Positions 47,201-57,044 of a DNA stretch of 64,000 nucleotides are shown here, one piece after another. The number at the start of each line of letters is the position of its first letter. Within the stretch, counting starts at the first letter, position 1. Position numbers and translations under genes: made by a program. The notes under the pieces are model-generated. The model was not told the origin of the DNA, searched no databases, and saw only the letters and a list, made by a program, of their open reading frames with translations. The stretch is from positions 1,536,001 to 1,600,000 of the forward strand of contig CAWIIP010000002.1 in assembly GCA_963836235.1 (NCBI GenBank), written 5' to 3'. The stretch is from an uncultured Pseudomonadota bacterium (lineage in GTDB: Bacteria; Oederibacteriota; Muellerivitia; Muellerivitales; Muellerivitaceae).

Positions 47201-48274
47201 TTAGTAACCAGTATATTCATCCACGACATGCTTGCCAAAGTCGACCAAAAATAACCCATTAGAGCTATTTAAGGTTAAAAACGCCGGATAGGTGAAACCA
47301 TCTATTTCCCCGAGATAGGCTCCTTGAGCCGTGGCGTAAACAACGCGGGAATTGTTCGAATCCGAAATATAAAGATTGCCCTTTGAATCCACCCCGACGC
47401 CTATGGCGGAAGATAAGGCCGTCACCCAATTTGATCCGGTAAAAGAATGGATGTAGTGATAGTTATTGTTAAATTCGGCCACTTCGTTGCCGGCAGCCGT
47501 GTAAATATTTCCGCTTGCGTCGAGCGCTACGTCATTTGGATAAATGGCGGTGGTAGAGCCCGAGGATTGGTGAAGAATGGAATCATCATTCCATAAAAGG
47601 TTATAGATAATTCCGGACGAATTATCAGACACAACCAAGTTTCCACCGGCGTCGATTTTGACACCGACCGGGTCATTTATTTGGCCTTGGCCGCTCCAAC
47701 TATAATCATAGGTATAAGTGGTTGCCGCCGAAGCAGTCAAAATATACCCATCGACTACCCCATTGCCTTGGTTGGCAACGTAAAGTTCCCCGTAAGAATC
47801 AATGGCCAATCCTTGGGGATTGTTTGCGGGAATAGAATAAAGGTAAGTCGTGACAGTGCCGGCAAGGCTGAATATTTGCACCGCGTTTGAACCAAAATCA
47901 CCCACCGCGATGAAGCCCGCGCCTACGGCGATGCCCCATGCGGCCTCAAAATCACCATTGATTCCATCGTTACCCGATTGGCCAAAAGTAGCAATCGGTG
48001 TCATGGCGGCAAGAGGCGTAAAGGTCATCGTCGGCGTCGCGGACCCCGTTGGAGTCGCTGTCGGCGTATTCGTGGCGGCGGGATGTCCCCGCGTTGGGGT
48101 GATGGTGGGAGAGCCGGGAGTCGAAGTCGGGGTGGAAGTGCTAGTTCCCGGCACATAGTAGATCGTGACCGGGGCCGGGGAAGAGGCCGAATTGTCTTTG
48201 CTGCTGCAGGACCAGGCTAAAATTAACAAGAGTCCAAAGAAAACAGTGAGGGAAAAAGATTTTTTAAAAGACAT
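47201..48274 (-). CDS. NHL-repeat beta-propeller lipoprotein with Thr/Pro stalk
   Basis: Lipobox-like AWSC; TPT repeats; PxG[LV]AxDxxGNxY repeats; start is ATG 48274 or GTG 48295. Confidence 0.82.
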   Translation of the reverse strand: MSFKKSFSLTVFFGLLLILAWSCSSKDNSASSPAPVTIYYVPGTSTSTPTSTPGSPTITPTRGHPAATNTPTATPTGSATPTMTFTPLAAMTPIATFGQSGNDGINGDFEAAWGIAVGAGFIAVGDFGSNAVQIFSLAGTVTTYLYSIPANNPQGLAIDSYGELYVANQGNGVVDGYILTASAATTYTYDYSWSGQGQINDPVGVKIDAGGNLVVSDNSSGIIYNLLWNDDSILHQSSGSTTAIYPNDVALDASGNIYTAAGNEVAEFNNNYHYIHSFTGSNWVTALSSAIGVGVDSKGNLYISDSNNSRVVYATAQGAYLGEIDGFTYPAFLTLNSSNGLFLVDFGKHVVDEYTGY

Positions 48275-48511
48275 CGCGTTCCTTTTGGCTGACACAATGA
48301 GGCCGAGTCTATTTAAACCCCGCGAAAAAGGGAATGTTACTTCGGTATTGTTTTGGTAAATTTTAAGAAGGCTTATCTGGGGCCGGTTTGAGGCATTTTG
48401 AGTAGATTAAGAAGGCTGTAACCCAAACGGCGATTTAACCGTCTATAAATCGGCATCCATTTGGCAGGCATCGCTGTTTGTCTATACCCAAGACTCAAAA
48501 GGAGAGGTTCG

Positions 48512-49699
48512 TTGAAAATAACCTTAAATCGATCGCTTGTTTTGGGTTATATGCTTTTAGCCTGTCTCGCGCCGGCCTGGGCTCAACAAACTGAAAACGC
48601 GCAGAAATATTTAGCCGCGGCCGCTAAAGCCTATCAGGCGGGGGAATTGGAGACGGCCACCCAATATTATCAGGCCGTGATCAAACTCGATCCGAAATCC
48701 GCCGCCGCTTACCAGGGTTTAGGCAACTGTGATTACCGCCTGGGCCATATTACGGAAGCCTTGAAGGCCTTTGACCAATCCCTCGCCCTCAACCCGGACA
48801 ATCCCCAATTGACCGAATTTGCCGCTGGCCTGCGAGATGGCGCCGCCCCCTCCACCGAATTGGCGAGTGACGCGGACAAAGAAGAAATCGAGAAAGATAT
48901 GGATGAAATTGAAACGGAGATGTTCCATCCCAATTGGACGGGACAATTGGGTTTGAGCCGTTCCGGCCAACCTTCCCAAACGGGGCAAGGCCAGGTCCAG
49001 ACTGAACTGGATTTCACGGGTACCTATCACATTACCGAAGGGGGGCATTATTTTTCCGCCGGGGTCGGAGCAGGGAGGCAAAAGCAGGAAGGGGCTTTCC
49101 CGAATTACGGGAAAGCGACCCTGGAAGGCGGTCTGGGGCTGGGTTTTTTCCTGCCTTCGCTGAATGTCCAATTGGAACGGGGTCAAACAGGGCTCAACTC
49201 CAACGCTTTGACGGCGAATTTGAACTTCCAGGTGCTGGAACAACTTACCCTGGGGATGAGCTTTAACGGAACGCTTGAGAGCCACGACGGTCCCGCTTCC
49301 CTGGTGGGCGCCACCGCGGTGACGTTAGCCGAAACGACAGTGGAAATTGACGATAGGGATGGGTCGGCCAGCGTGATGGCCGAATACAATCCCTGGGATT
49401 TCCTCAGCTTTACCCTTACGGGGGAGGAAGAATATGACGAAACTTATCAAGCCCAGGGCTTGCGGCACCTGAGGACGGTTTCGCTCAATGAATCCGACCA
49501 AATCAATTCCCTTAGTCTCATGGTGGATTTGACTTTCTTGAAAGATTTTGAATTACAGTTGACGGGGCAAACCGGGGTGGAGAATTTGCCCGCCGGAACG
49601 GTCTATAGCCGGGTTCAGGCGGAAACCATCACGCTCACCCAACCCACCGCCGAGACCTTCAAGGGCTACACCTTCGCCCTGTTATATAACTTTGATTGA
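48512..49699 (+). CDS. TPR-containing outer-membrane beta-barrel protein
   Basis: AGGAGAGG SD before TTG 48512; signal AWA-Q; N-terminal TPRs; amphipathic strands ending LLYNFD. Confidence 0.7.
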   Translation: MKITLNRSLVLGYMLLACLAPAWAQQTENAQKYLAAAAKAYQAGELETATQYYQAVIKLDPKSAAAYQGLGNCDYRLGHITEALKAFDQSLALNPDNPQLTEFAAGLRDGAAPSTELASDADKEEIEKDMDEIETEMFHPNWTGQLGLSRSGQPSQTGQGQVQTELDFTGTYHITEGGHYFSAGVGAGRQKQEGAFPNYGKATLEGGLGLGFFLPSLNVQLERGQTGLNSNALTANLNFQVLEQLTLGMSFNGTLESHDGPASLVGATAVTLAETTVEIDDRDGSASVMAEYNPWDFLSFTLTGEEEYDETYQAQGLRHLRTVSLNESDQINSLSLMVDLTFLKDFELQLTGQTGVENLPAGTVYSRVQAETITLTQPTAETFKGYTFALLYNFD

Positions 49700-49840
49700 G
49701 AGACGGGATTCACTCCAATAAAAAGACATTTTTATAAGTTTTTCCAACTGCGCGTGGGGTAAAGGGCTGGGAAACTTTTAGAGGTTTCGATTCGTCAAAT
49801 GTAGCGTAGGAGAAATCAACTCATTTTTGGGGGAATAGTC

Positions 49841-50254
49841 ATGAACCGATTAATCTTGATGGCAACTTTGGCGCTATTCATGGGAACCAGCTCGTTGGTA
49901 TTGGCCCAAACCACGGCTCCGGTCCCCCATCCAAGGATCAAGGAAGTCCACGCCCGCATGCACGATCAGATGATCCGGGTCCGTGCGGGAGTCAAGTCTG
50001 GCAAACTCACCAAGGAACAGGCCCAAGCCCTGAAAGCCTCACTGAAAGCGGTCCGGGCGCAAATGCAGGCCGACTTCACCACGAACGGCAAAAAGGAACT
50101 GACGCCCGACCAGCTGGCGCAGTTGAACCAAATGCTGGACGCGAATTCAAAGACTATTTATGGCGAGAAACATGATGACTCCACCGTTCCCGCCGGCGGT
50201 TCATCGCCCGCCGGAACTTCCCCGGCTGCTGGAAGCGCCCCGGCGACCAACTAA
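49841..50254 (+). CDS. Secreted small helical protein
   Basis: Signal VLA-Q; HPRxxEVxxR…GKLT…LNxxL pattern. Confidence 0.75.
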   Translation: MNRLILMATLALFMGTSSLVLAQTTAPVPHPRIKEVHARMHDQMIRVRAGVKSGKLTKEQAQALKASLKAVRAQMQADFTTNGKKELTPDQLAQLNQMLDANSKTIYGEKHDDSTVPAGGSSPAGTSPAAGSAPATN

Positions 50255-50273
50255 TAAGCTGTTTTTTCAGGGG

Positions 50274-50312
50274 AAAAGCCGGGTGGCGTTTAAGCCCCCG
50301 GCTTTTTATTTT
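50274..50312 (+). terminator. Intrinsic terminator
   Basis: AAAAGCCGGG…CCCGGCTTTTT. Confidence 0.75.
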
Positions 50313-50429
50313 GTTCCCCGCCTCCCTTTTCGGCATTAATCCGCAGAAGCAAATCCAAACGACACTTCCAACCTTAATTTGTCGTCCAAACCTTGAAGTT
50401 TTATTCATCCGTGGGAATATTAAAACATA

Positions 50430-52625
50430 TTGAGCGCCTTTAAGGCAGGGTCTATGTTCATTAGCCTGGGCTTATTCTTTTTTACTCTCTTCTTCTATCT
50501 GCGGACCCTCTGCGCCACCTTCAACATCAATGATTCGGGCGAAACCATTATGGACTGCGACCTTTTGGCCCTGGCCCATTCGCCCGGCTACCCCCTGCAT
50601 ACCCTTTGGGGGCGCTTGAGCTGCCTGCTTCCCCTGGGCCAGCCCATGTTCCGGCTGACCTTTTGTTCCGCCGTGATGGGGGCTTTTTCCGTCTTGATGG
50701 TTTACGGAATCCTGCGCTTTGTCTTAAAAACAACGCCGGAATCTTCCGGCGGCACCGGCTTGGATAAAGAAAGCTGGATGTGGGAAGTACCTTCCCTTTT
50801 TGGCGCGCTGGTTTTCGCTTTTTCCTATCAGCAATGGTTCCAAGCTTGTGGGGCGAAGGGTAGCATCTATACTTTGAACACCTTGCTGGCGACCGTCATG
50901 CTTTTCCTGCTCTTAAAAATGCGGGAGCCGGGCCGGTTCTCGGGCAACTTTTTATCCGCCGGGCTAGTCCTCGGATTGAGCCTTTCCGTCCATTGGGAAA
51001 CCCAAGCCGTGCTCTTACCTGCCTATTTTTGGCTTTTGATCACCGCTCAAAACCGGGTGCCGGTGGGGGACTTGGTCCGCAATCTCCTGAGGCCCTTTGA
51101 TTTGTTGGAAAGGGTTAAAAAACTGGCCGGTGCTTTTGGCGGGAAGACCGGGCTGGTTCGTGCCGTGGTTTTTCTTCTACTGCCTCTTTCCACTTATCTT
51201 TACCTGCCCATTCGGGCCCATGGCAATCCGGTCATTAACTGGTGGAATCCGGGAAGTTTCAGCCGCTTCCTCACGGTCGTCCTGCGAAAGAATTACGCGG
51301 GTACGGACGCCCCCCGTTCCCTGGATACCATCCACCGCAACCTGGACCGTTTTTGGGTCCACGCCCACAACCAGTATGGCGCCGGGTTCACGGCGGCGAT
51401 TTTTCTTTTGGCCTTGGCCGGAGGGGTTTGGCTTTACCACCGCCGGAAAGAAATAGCCCTGGGGTTTCTATTGTTTGGGGGAGGGGTAGGGGCTGGGGTG
51501 GTTTTTTACAACGCTCCCAAGGCGGGATACGAGTGGACGCTGGATAATTTCTTTACCCCCTTTTTCCTGGCTTTCGCCTGCTTCGCGGCGGCGGGGATGG
51601 CGGCCCTTTGCCGTTGGTTCTCAAAACAAGAGTTGTCCAACCTAGCCCGCTTCAGCCTGGGAGCTTCTTGCCTGGGCTTGGCCCTGATGCCGTTGGCATT
51701 GAATTACGGGGCCAACGACCAGAGCGCCTATACCGTTTCCTACGATGAGGGGCTTAACATGCTCAAGACCGCCAGCCGGAACGGGGTCATCGTTTGCAAC
51801 GGGGACATCGATATTCTCCCGCTTTGGTACCTACAGTTTGTGGAAGGGAAGCGGCCCGAGGTGGCCAGTTTCACCACCCAATTGGTGGGTCTTCAATGGT
51901 ACCGGGACGACATCTTTCGCAACTGGCCTTCCCTCCAGACAGTCCTTCAAGGCGATGGGCCGCCCGACATGGCGGTAGAGAAAATGATCCAGGCCCACGG
52001 CTTCGAGAGGCCCTTTTACGTCACTAATATCTTTCTCCAGGGTGCGGCCTGGCTTGGGAAGACCCATCCTATGATTCCGGATGGCTTGTTGTGGCGGCTG
52101 GCTGATACCCAGGGACAAAATTTCACCTTCAACTCAGTCAGGCTCAACCAACTTTGGTCCAATTACGATCTGCGCAACCTGGGGCCCCCGAAGGGAAAAT
52201 ACTGGGACGATTACACCGATGTCATGAAGGATTCCTATGGCCAAGCCTGTTCCTTTACCGGCGCCATGGCCATGAACACCCAAAGCCCCCAATTAGCTGA
52301 GTGGAGCTACGCGAAAGCCCTGGAGTACCACCAGCCCCAGCAAAGGGGAGTCACCTATTTAAGTCTGGCGGACGCCGAAATGGCGATGGGCCGCCCGGTG
52401 GATGCCGTTTCCCACTATCAAATGGCCTTCCGTTCCACTCTGCCCCAGGCTTACGCTCCTTACACCTATGCTCGTTTGGGGGATGCCTTTTTAATGGAGA
52501 AGGATTACGTGAACGCGGAAGACGCCTTTCACTTATCCCTGCGGTTCAATCCCCAGCAGAAGGAAGCCTTGGACGGTTTACGGCAGTTGGACATTCTCCG
52601 AAGCGAACCCGATCACCGTTCGTAA
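50430..52625 (+). CDS. DUF2723 (TMEM260-like) GT-C membrane protein with C-terminal TPRs
   Basis: NDSGE…LAHSPGYPL, YTLN, YLYLPIRA…INW and GDID..PLWY motifs. Confidence 0.85.
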   Translation: MSAFKAGSMFISLGLFFFTLFFYLRTLCATFNINDSGETIMDCDLLALAHSPGYPLHTLWGRLSCLLPLGQPMFRLTFCSAVMGAFSVLMVYGILRFVLKTTPESSGGTGLDKESWMWEVPSLFGALVFAFSYQQWFQACGAKGSIYTLNTLLATVMLFLLLKMREPGRFSGNFLSAGLVLGLSLSVHWETQAVLLPAYFWLLITAQNRVPVGDLVRNLLRPFDLLERVKKLAGAFGGKTGLVRAVVFLLLPLSTYLYLPIRAHGNPVINWWNPGSFSRFLTVVLRKNYAGTDAPRSLDTIHRNLDRFWVHAHNQYGAGFTAAIFLLALAGGVWLYHRRKEIALGFLLFGGGVGAGVVFYNAPKAGYEWTLDNFFTPFFLAFACFAAAGMAALCRWFSKQELSNLARFSLGASCLGLALMPLALNYGANDQSAYTVSYDEGLNMLKTASRNGVIVCNGDIDILPLWYLQFVEGKRPEVASFTTQLVGLQWYRDDIFRNWPSLQTVLQGDGPPDMAVEKMIQAHGFERPFYVTNIFLQGAAWLGKTHPMIPDGLLWRLADTQGQNFTFNSVRLNQLWSNYDLRNLGPPKGKYWDDYTDVMKDSYGQACSFTGAMAMNTQSPQLAEWSYAKALEYHQPQQRGVTYLSLADAEMAMGRPVDAVSHYQMAFRSTLPQAYAPYTYARLGDAFLMEKDYVNAEDAFHLSLRFNPQQKEALDGLRQLDILRSEPDHRS

Positions 52626-52750
52626 TTTACAAAAAGAACATCTCTCAGGATAAAACTGGAAAACGCTTCGGTTTTTGATATAGTCATTCCCGTCCCCACA
52701 CCTCTCCACGCTTTCCAAGCCTAAGACATTTCCACAACCCAGGAGTTTTC

Positions 52751-53116
52751 ATGCGCAAGTTCGCCAAAACCCATGAATGGTACGAAGACTTAGGCTCCGG
52801 CAAGACCAAGATCGGCATTTCAAAGCACGCGGCCCATGAACTTTCTGATGTGGTCTTTATCGAGCTTCCCGACGTGGGAAAAAAACTGGCGGACAAGCAA
52901 AGCCTTTGCGTTTTGGAATCGGTAAAGGCCGTGGCCGACGCCTATTCCCCCGCCGGAACCGTGGTGGAAGTGAACACAAAACTGAAAGACCAAGCCGCCC
53001 TCGTGAACCAAGACCCGGAAGGGGCCGGCTGGATCGCCATCGTGCAGTTGGACAACCCCAAAGCGTTGGATGAGTATTTAACCGAAGAACAATATCTCGC
53101 CACGCTCTCTCACTAA
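52751..53116 (+). CDS. gcvH: Glycine cleavage system H protein
   Basis: THEW, IGIS, LESVKAV lipoyl-Lys, NQDPEGAGW. Confidence 0.95.
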   Translation: MRKFAKTHEWYEDLGSGKTKIGISKHAAHELSDVVFIELPDVGKKLADKQSLCVLESVKAVADAYSPAGTVVEVNTKLKDQAALVNQDPEGAGWIAIVQLDNPKALDEYLTEEQYLATLSH

Positions 53117-53128
53117 ACGGAGATTTTC

Positions 53129-54643
53129 TTGGCTTATATTCCCATCACCCCCGACGACGAAAAAGAAATGCTGAAGGTCATCGGCGTGAAAGCGTTGGAC
53201 GACCTCTTCGCCGACGTACCCCCTTCCCAAATTCTTAAAGACGGCCTTAACCTTCCCCACGGCATGACCGAACCCGAACTGAAACGCTGGTTTAATCTTA
53301 TAGGAAAGAACAACCAGCCCGTTTCCGACCGTCCCTGCTTTTTGGGCGCGGGGCTTTATTACCACGAGGTGCCGGCGGCGGTGAAGGCCGTGGTGACCCG
53401 GCCCGAATTCCTGACTTCTTATACCCCCTACCAGCCGGAGATCGCCCAGGGTACCTTGCAAGTACTTTTTGATTTTCAAACCTATATGGTCGAATTGACG
53501 GGGTTGGAAGTTTCCAACGCCTCCCTTTACGACGGCGCTTCCGCCGTGGCGGAGGCGGCGCTCCTGGCCCTCCGCATCAAGAAGGCCGAATCCTTCCTTT
53601 ATGTTTCCCGCGGGGTTCATCCCGAGTACCGCCAAACCATCCAGACTTACCTGAACCCCCAGGGCCATCAAATCCGTGAAATCGGATTGAAGGGCACCGA
53701 AACCGATATCGAACAATTAAAAACGGACCTTTGGCCCAACTCGGTGGTGATCATTCAATATCCTAATTTCCTCGGCACCATCGAGGACCTGGCGGCCATA
53801 TCCAAAATCTGCAAGGAAAAGAACTCCTATCTGGTGATAGCCGTGGCCGAGGCCATGAACCTGGCCTTGCTGCCCACGCCCGCTTCCCTGGGCGCGGACG
53901 TCTGCGCCGGGAGCGCCCAATCCTTCGGCAATATCCTGGAATTTGGGGGCCCTCACGCGGGATTCTTGACCGCCCGCTTCGACGACATCCGGCAGATGCC
54001 GGGGCGCATCGTGGGCGAAACGGTCGATCGCAACGGCAAAAGTGCCTGTGTTCTTACCTTTCAGGCCCGCGAACAGCATATCCGCCGGGAGCGGGCGGCT
54101 TCCAACGTCTGCACGACCCAGTCCCTGATGGCCAATTTCGCCTCCGCATGGCTTTACTTCAAGGGTGGCAAGGGCGCCCAACAGGTGGCCAAAGACGGCG
54201 CCGCCACGGCCCACTTCTTGGCCACGGAGATCCAAAAGATACCGGGCTTCAAGGTGGAAACCGTCCGTTACGCCAATGAGTTCGTGGTCCGGCCCCCCTC
54301 ATCCGGCTTCGCCGACTTCATGGCCGAATGGGGCCTGGTGGCCCCTTACGATTTGTCCAATGATTATCCTGAGTTCAAAGACTGCGTACTGGTGGCTTGC
54401 ACCGAACTGACGTCGTTGGAAGACATGGAATCCTTTATTTCCGCCTGCGAGGAATTTTCCGCCAAGGGGCACGCGGGCAAAGTCCATCAAAAGCCCACGG
54501 AGCTTCCCAAGTGGATTAAGGCCCGAACCCGGCCGCCATCCCGGAACACCCGGAAGTGGACTTGGTACGCTATTACACCGACCTGGCCCGCAAGAATTTC
54601 TGCATCGACAACGGCTTTTACCCCTTGGGTTCCTGCACCATGA
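53129..54643 (+). CDS. gcvPA: Glycine dehydrogenase subunit 1 (5' part of an apparently fused gcvP)
   Basis: [36 protein letters not shown]; the last ~35 aa look out of frame. Confidence 0.9.
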   Translation: MAYIPITPDDEKEMLKVIGVKALDDLFADVPPSQILKDGLNLPHGMTEPELKRWFNLIGKNNQPVSDRPCFLGAGLYYHEVPAAVKAVVTRPEFLTSYTPYQPEIAQGTLQVLFDFQTYMVELTGLEVSNASLYDGASAVAEAALLALRIKKAESFLYVSRGVHPEYRQTIQTYLNPQGHQIREIGLKGTETDIEQLKTDLWPNSVVIIQYPNFLGTIEDLAAISKICKEKNSYLVIAVAEAMNLALLPTPASLGADVCAGSAQSFGNILEFGGPHAGFLTARFDDIRQMPGRIVGETVDRNGKSACVLTFQAREQHIRRERAASNVCTTQSLMANFASAWLYFKGGKGAQQVAKDGAATAHFLATEIQKIPGFKVETVRYANEFVVRPPSSGFADFMAEWGLVAPYDLSNDYPEFKDCVLVACTELTSLEDMESFISACEEFSAKGHAGKVHQKPTELPKWIKARTRPPSRNTRKWTWYAITPTWPARISASTTAFTPWVPAP

Positions 54644-55854
54644 AATACAACCCGAAGGTGCACGAGGAAATCGCTTTTGCTGACGCTTGGGCCAATCTGC
54701 ACCCCGCCCAGCGCGAGGATGAGGTTCAAGGCGCGCTTCAAGTCATGTTCGACCTGGAACATTGGCTTCAGGAAATCACCGGATGCCACACTTTGACCCT
54801 GCAGCCCGCCGCCGGGGCGCATGGGGAGCTGACCGCCCTCTTGATGGCCAAGCGTTATTTCGCCGACCGGGGCGAGCACCAGAGGGTGAACGTGATCGTG
54901 CCGGATTCGGCTCACGGCACCAACCCGGCCTCCGCCACCATGGCGGGCTGGAAGACGGTCTCCATCCCCACCGACAGCCGGGGCAATATGGATATTCCGG
55001 CCCTGAAGGCCAAGCTGGGGAAAGATACGGCGGTTTTGATGCTGACAAACCCGAGCACGCTCGGGTTGTTCGAGGAACATATTTTGGAAGTAGCCAAGCT
55101 GGTTCATGACGCGGGGGGACTTCTTTATTATGACGGCGCCAATATGAACGCCATTGTGGGGATCTGCCGACCGGCGGATATGGGGTTCGACCTGGTGCAT
55201 CTGAATCTACACAAGACCTTTTCCACGCCGCACGGCGGCGGGGGTCCGGGATCGGGGCCGGTGGGCTGCACGAAAGCCCTCGAGCCTTATTTGCCCGAGC
55301 CCCGGGTGGCCAAGGAGGGGAACCGCTATTACTTGAAGTCCGGCTCGCCCCAATCCATCGGTCGCATGAAGGGGAATGTCGGTAATTTCGGCGTGCTCTT
55401 GCGGGCTCTGGCTTACTGCAAGCGCAACGGAAAAGAAGGGCTGGAAAGGGTAGGCCGCATCGCCACTCTCAACGCCAATTACCTTTTGGCGCGTTTGAAA
55501 AACCACTATCCGGTGGCCTATGACCGGCTCTGCAAGCACGAGTTCGTCCTGACCGCCGAGCCTCTGAAGAAGAAATACGGCATCTCGGCGCTGGATATCG
55601 CCAAGCGCATCATCGACTTCAACTACCATCCGCCCACCATTTATTTCCCGCTGGTGGTGCCCGAATCCATCATGGTGGAACCCACCGAAACCGAGACCAA
55701 GAAGACCCTGGACGAATTCGTGGACGCCATGCTGAAGATCCGCACCGAAATGGAAACCAACCCGGATGTTTTCAAAAACGCGCCTTACTCGACGCCGGTG
55801 TCAAGGCTAGATGAGGTGAAGGCGGTCAAGGAACCCAAGCTCGTTAAGAAGTAA
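54556..55854 (+). CDS. gcvPB: Glycine dehydrogenase subunit 2 (3' part; its N-terminal segment lies in the gcvPA frame)
   Basis: [43 protein letters not shown]. Confidence 0.92.
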   Translation: MDLVRYYTDLARKNFCIDNGFYPLGSCTMKYNPKVHEEIAFADAWANLHPAQREDEVQGALQVMFDLEHWLQEITGCHTLTLQPAAGAHGELTALLMAKRYFADRGEHQRVNVIVPDSAHGTNPASATMAGWKTVSIPTDSRGNMDIPALKAKLGKDTAVLMLTNPSTLGLFEEHILEVAKLVHDAGGLLYYDGANMNAIVGICRPADMGFDLVHLNLHKTFSTPHGGGGPGSGPVGCTKALEPYLPEPRVAKEGNRYYLKSGSPQSIGRMKGNVGNFGVLLRALAYCKRNGKEGLERVGRIATLNANYLLARLKNHYPVAYDRLCKHEFVLTAEPLKKKYGISALDIAKRIIDFNYHPPTIYFPLVVPESIMVEPTETETKKTLDEFVDAMLKIRTEMETNPDVFKNAPYSTPVSRLDEVKAVKEPKLVKK

Positions 55855-56098
55855 CCCGGATTATCTCAGTTTTTTGATTTAGAAAATCCTACCTGACCAT
55901 TCTCCAGACAAACAGAAATTTAATAAGGTTACTAAATGCCCTGATTTTAACGCTTCCTTCATTGATGTCGGCTCTTGTGCGGTTACTTCAGAATTAAATA
56001 GTTTCCTTTTGACGCCTACCCTAGCCTACCCTAGAATTTCTCAAGCTAACCACTTTCCCGCAGCCTTCGGCGCCTAAATTCGAAATAATGTTATTTAA

Positions 56099-56248
56099 AT
56101 GAAAATGCGCATCGCCGGAATATTTTCGCTTCTCATCGGAATGATCTTTCTCGTCATTGGCTGTCCGGCCAAAAATAATCCGGTCAACCCCGGGGCCCCA
56201 GCGAATACGGCAACAGTGACGAGTTCGCCAACTGACCTGCCGGATTAA
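56099..56248 (+). pseudogene. 49-aa truncated paralog of the 17214 lipoprotein (MKMRIAGIFSLLIGMIFLVIGCPAKNNPVNPGAPANTATVTSSPTDLPD)
   Basis: Manual translation; signal/lipobox aligns with [25 protein letters not shown]. Confidence 0.65.
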
Positions 56249-56334
56249 GGCGGATTCTGCCGACCCCACGTCAAGGAACGAATCCTTTTAAGTTAGACTA
56301 CATTTGTGGTAACATTTTTGGGGAGGTGAAACCC

Positions 56335-56568
56335 ATGAAAGTAGCGTCGGTTCGTGATTTTAAGGCAAAGGCCACCCAGTATCTTAACAATGATGAGGAA
56401 GTCGTGGTCACGCGCCACGGCAAGCCCATCGCCGTCTTGACCCACGTCAAATCCAATTCCGTTGACTCGCTTCTTCTGGAGCTTCGGACCGCCCTCAAGG
56501 GCGCGGGGCTTTCCAAAAAGGAAGCGCTGGACGCCTTGGAAGAGGCCCGCAAAGAGGTCTACCGTTAA
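56335..56568 (+). CDS. Phd/YefM family antitoxin
   Basis: GGAGGTG SD; SVRDFK…VVVTRHGKPIAVL. Confidence 0.9.
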   Translation: MKVASVRDFKAKATQYLNNDEEVVVTRHGKPIAVLTHVKSNSVDSLLLELRTALKGAGLSKKEALDALEEARKEVYR

Positions 56569-56983
56569 GGTTGTCTTGGACGCCAATGTGCTAATATCAG
56601 CCGTTTTCGGCGGATTCCCCGCTTTGGCCGTGAAGAAGGCTTTCCAAGGGGAGGTCTGGATATCCACGGATGTCAAAAAGGAACTTTTGGCGGTCAGCCG
56701 CCACCTTCCCAAGCGCTTATCCCAACAGCAGCTTCTGGCCTGGAACGCCGCCTTACTCCCCCTTATTTCCAAAATGCGGCTGGCGGGCACGCTTCATCCC
56801 ATTCATCTTTCCCGCGATCCCAAGGACGATATTTACCTGTCCTTGGCCAAGGCCGCCCCAGCCGATTTCCTGGTCACGGGCGACAAGGACCTCCTAACCA
56901 TCAAAAAAGAAAAACTGGAATCGGCGGGTCTTGGACGCCTGTTGATCATCACGCCAAGGGCATTCGTGGAGCGGACAATTTAA
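56564..56983 (+). CDS. PIN-domain toxin (start codon uncertain)
   Basis: KVVLDANVLISA, SRDPKDD, LVTGDKDLL, IITP. Confidence 0.85.
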   Translation, partial: VKVVLDANVLISAVFGGFPALAVKKAFQGEVWISTDVKKELLAVSRHLPKRLSQQQLLAWNAALLPLISKMRLAGTLHPIHLSRDPKDDIYLSLAKAAPADFLVTGDKDLLTIKKEKLESAGLGRLLIITPRAFVERTI

Positions 56984-57044
56984 TCACGCTTTCCCATCCC
57001 AAGCCCCGTCCCTGCCAAGCCTGGAAGGGTAAAGACTGAACAGG

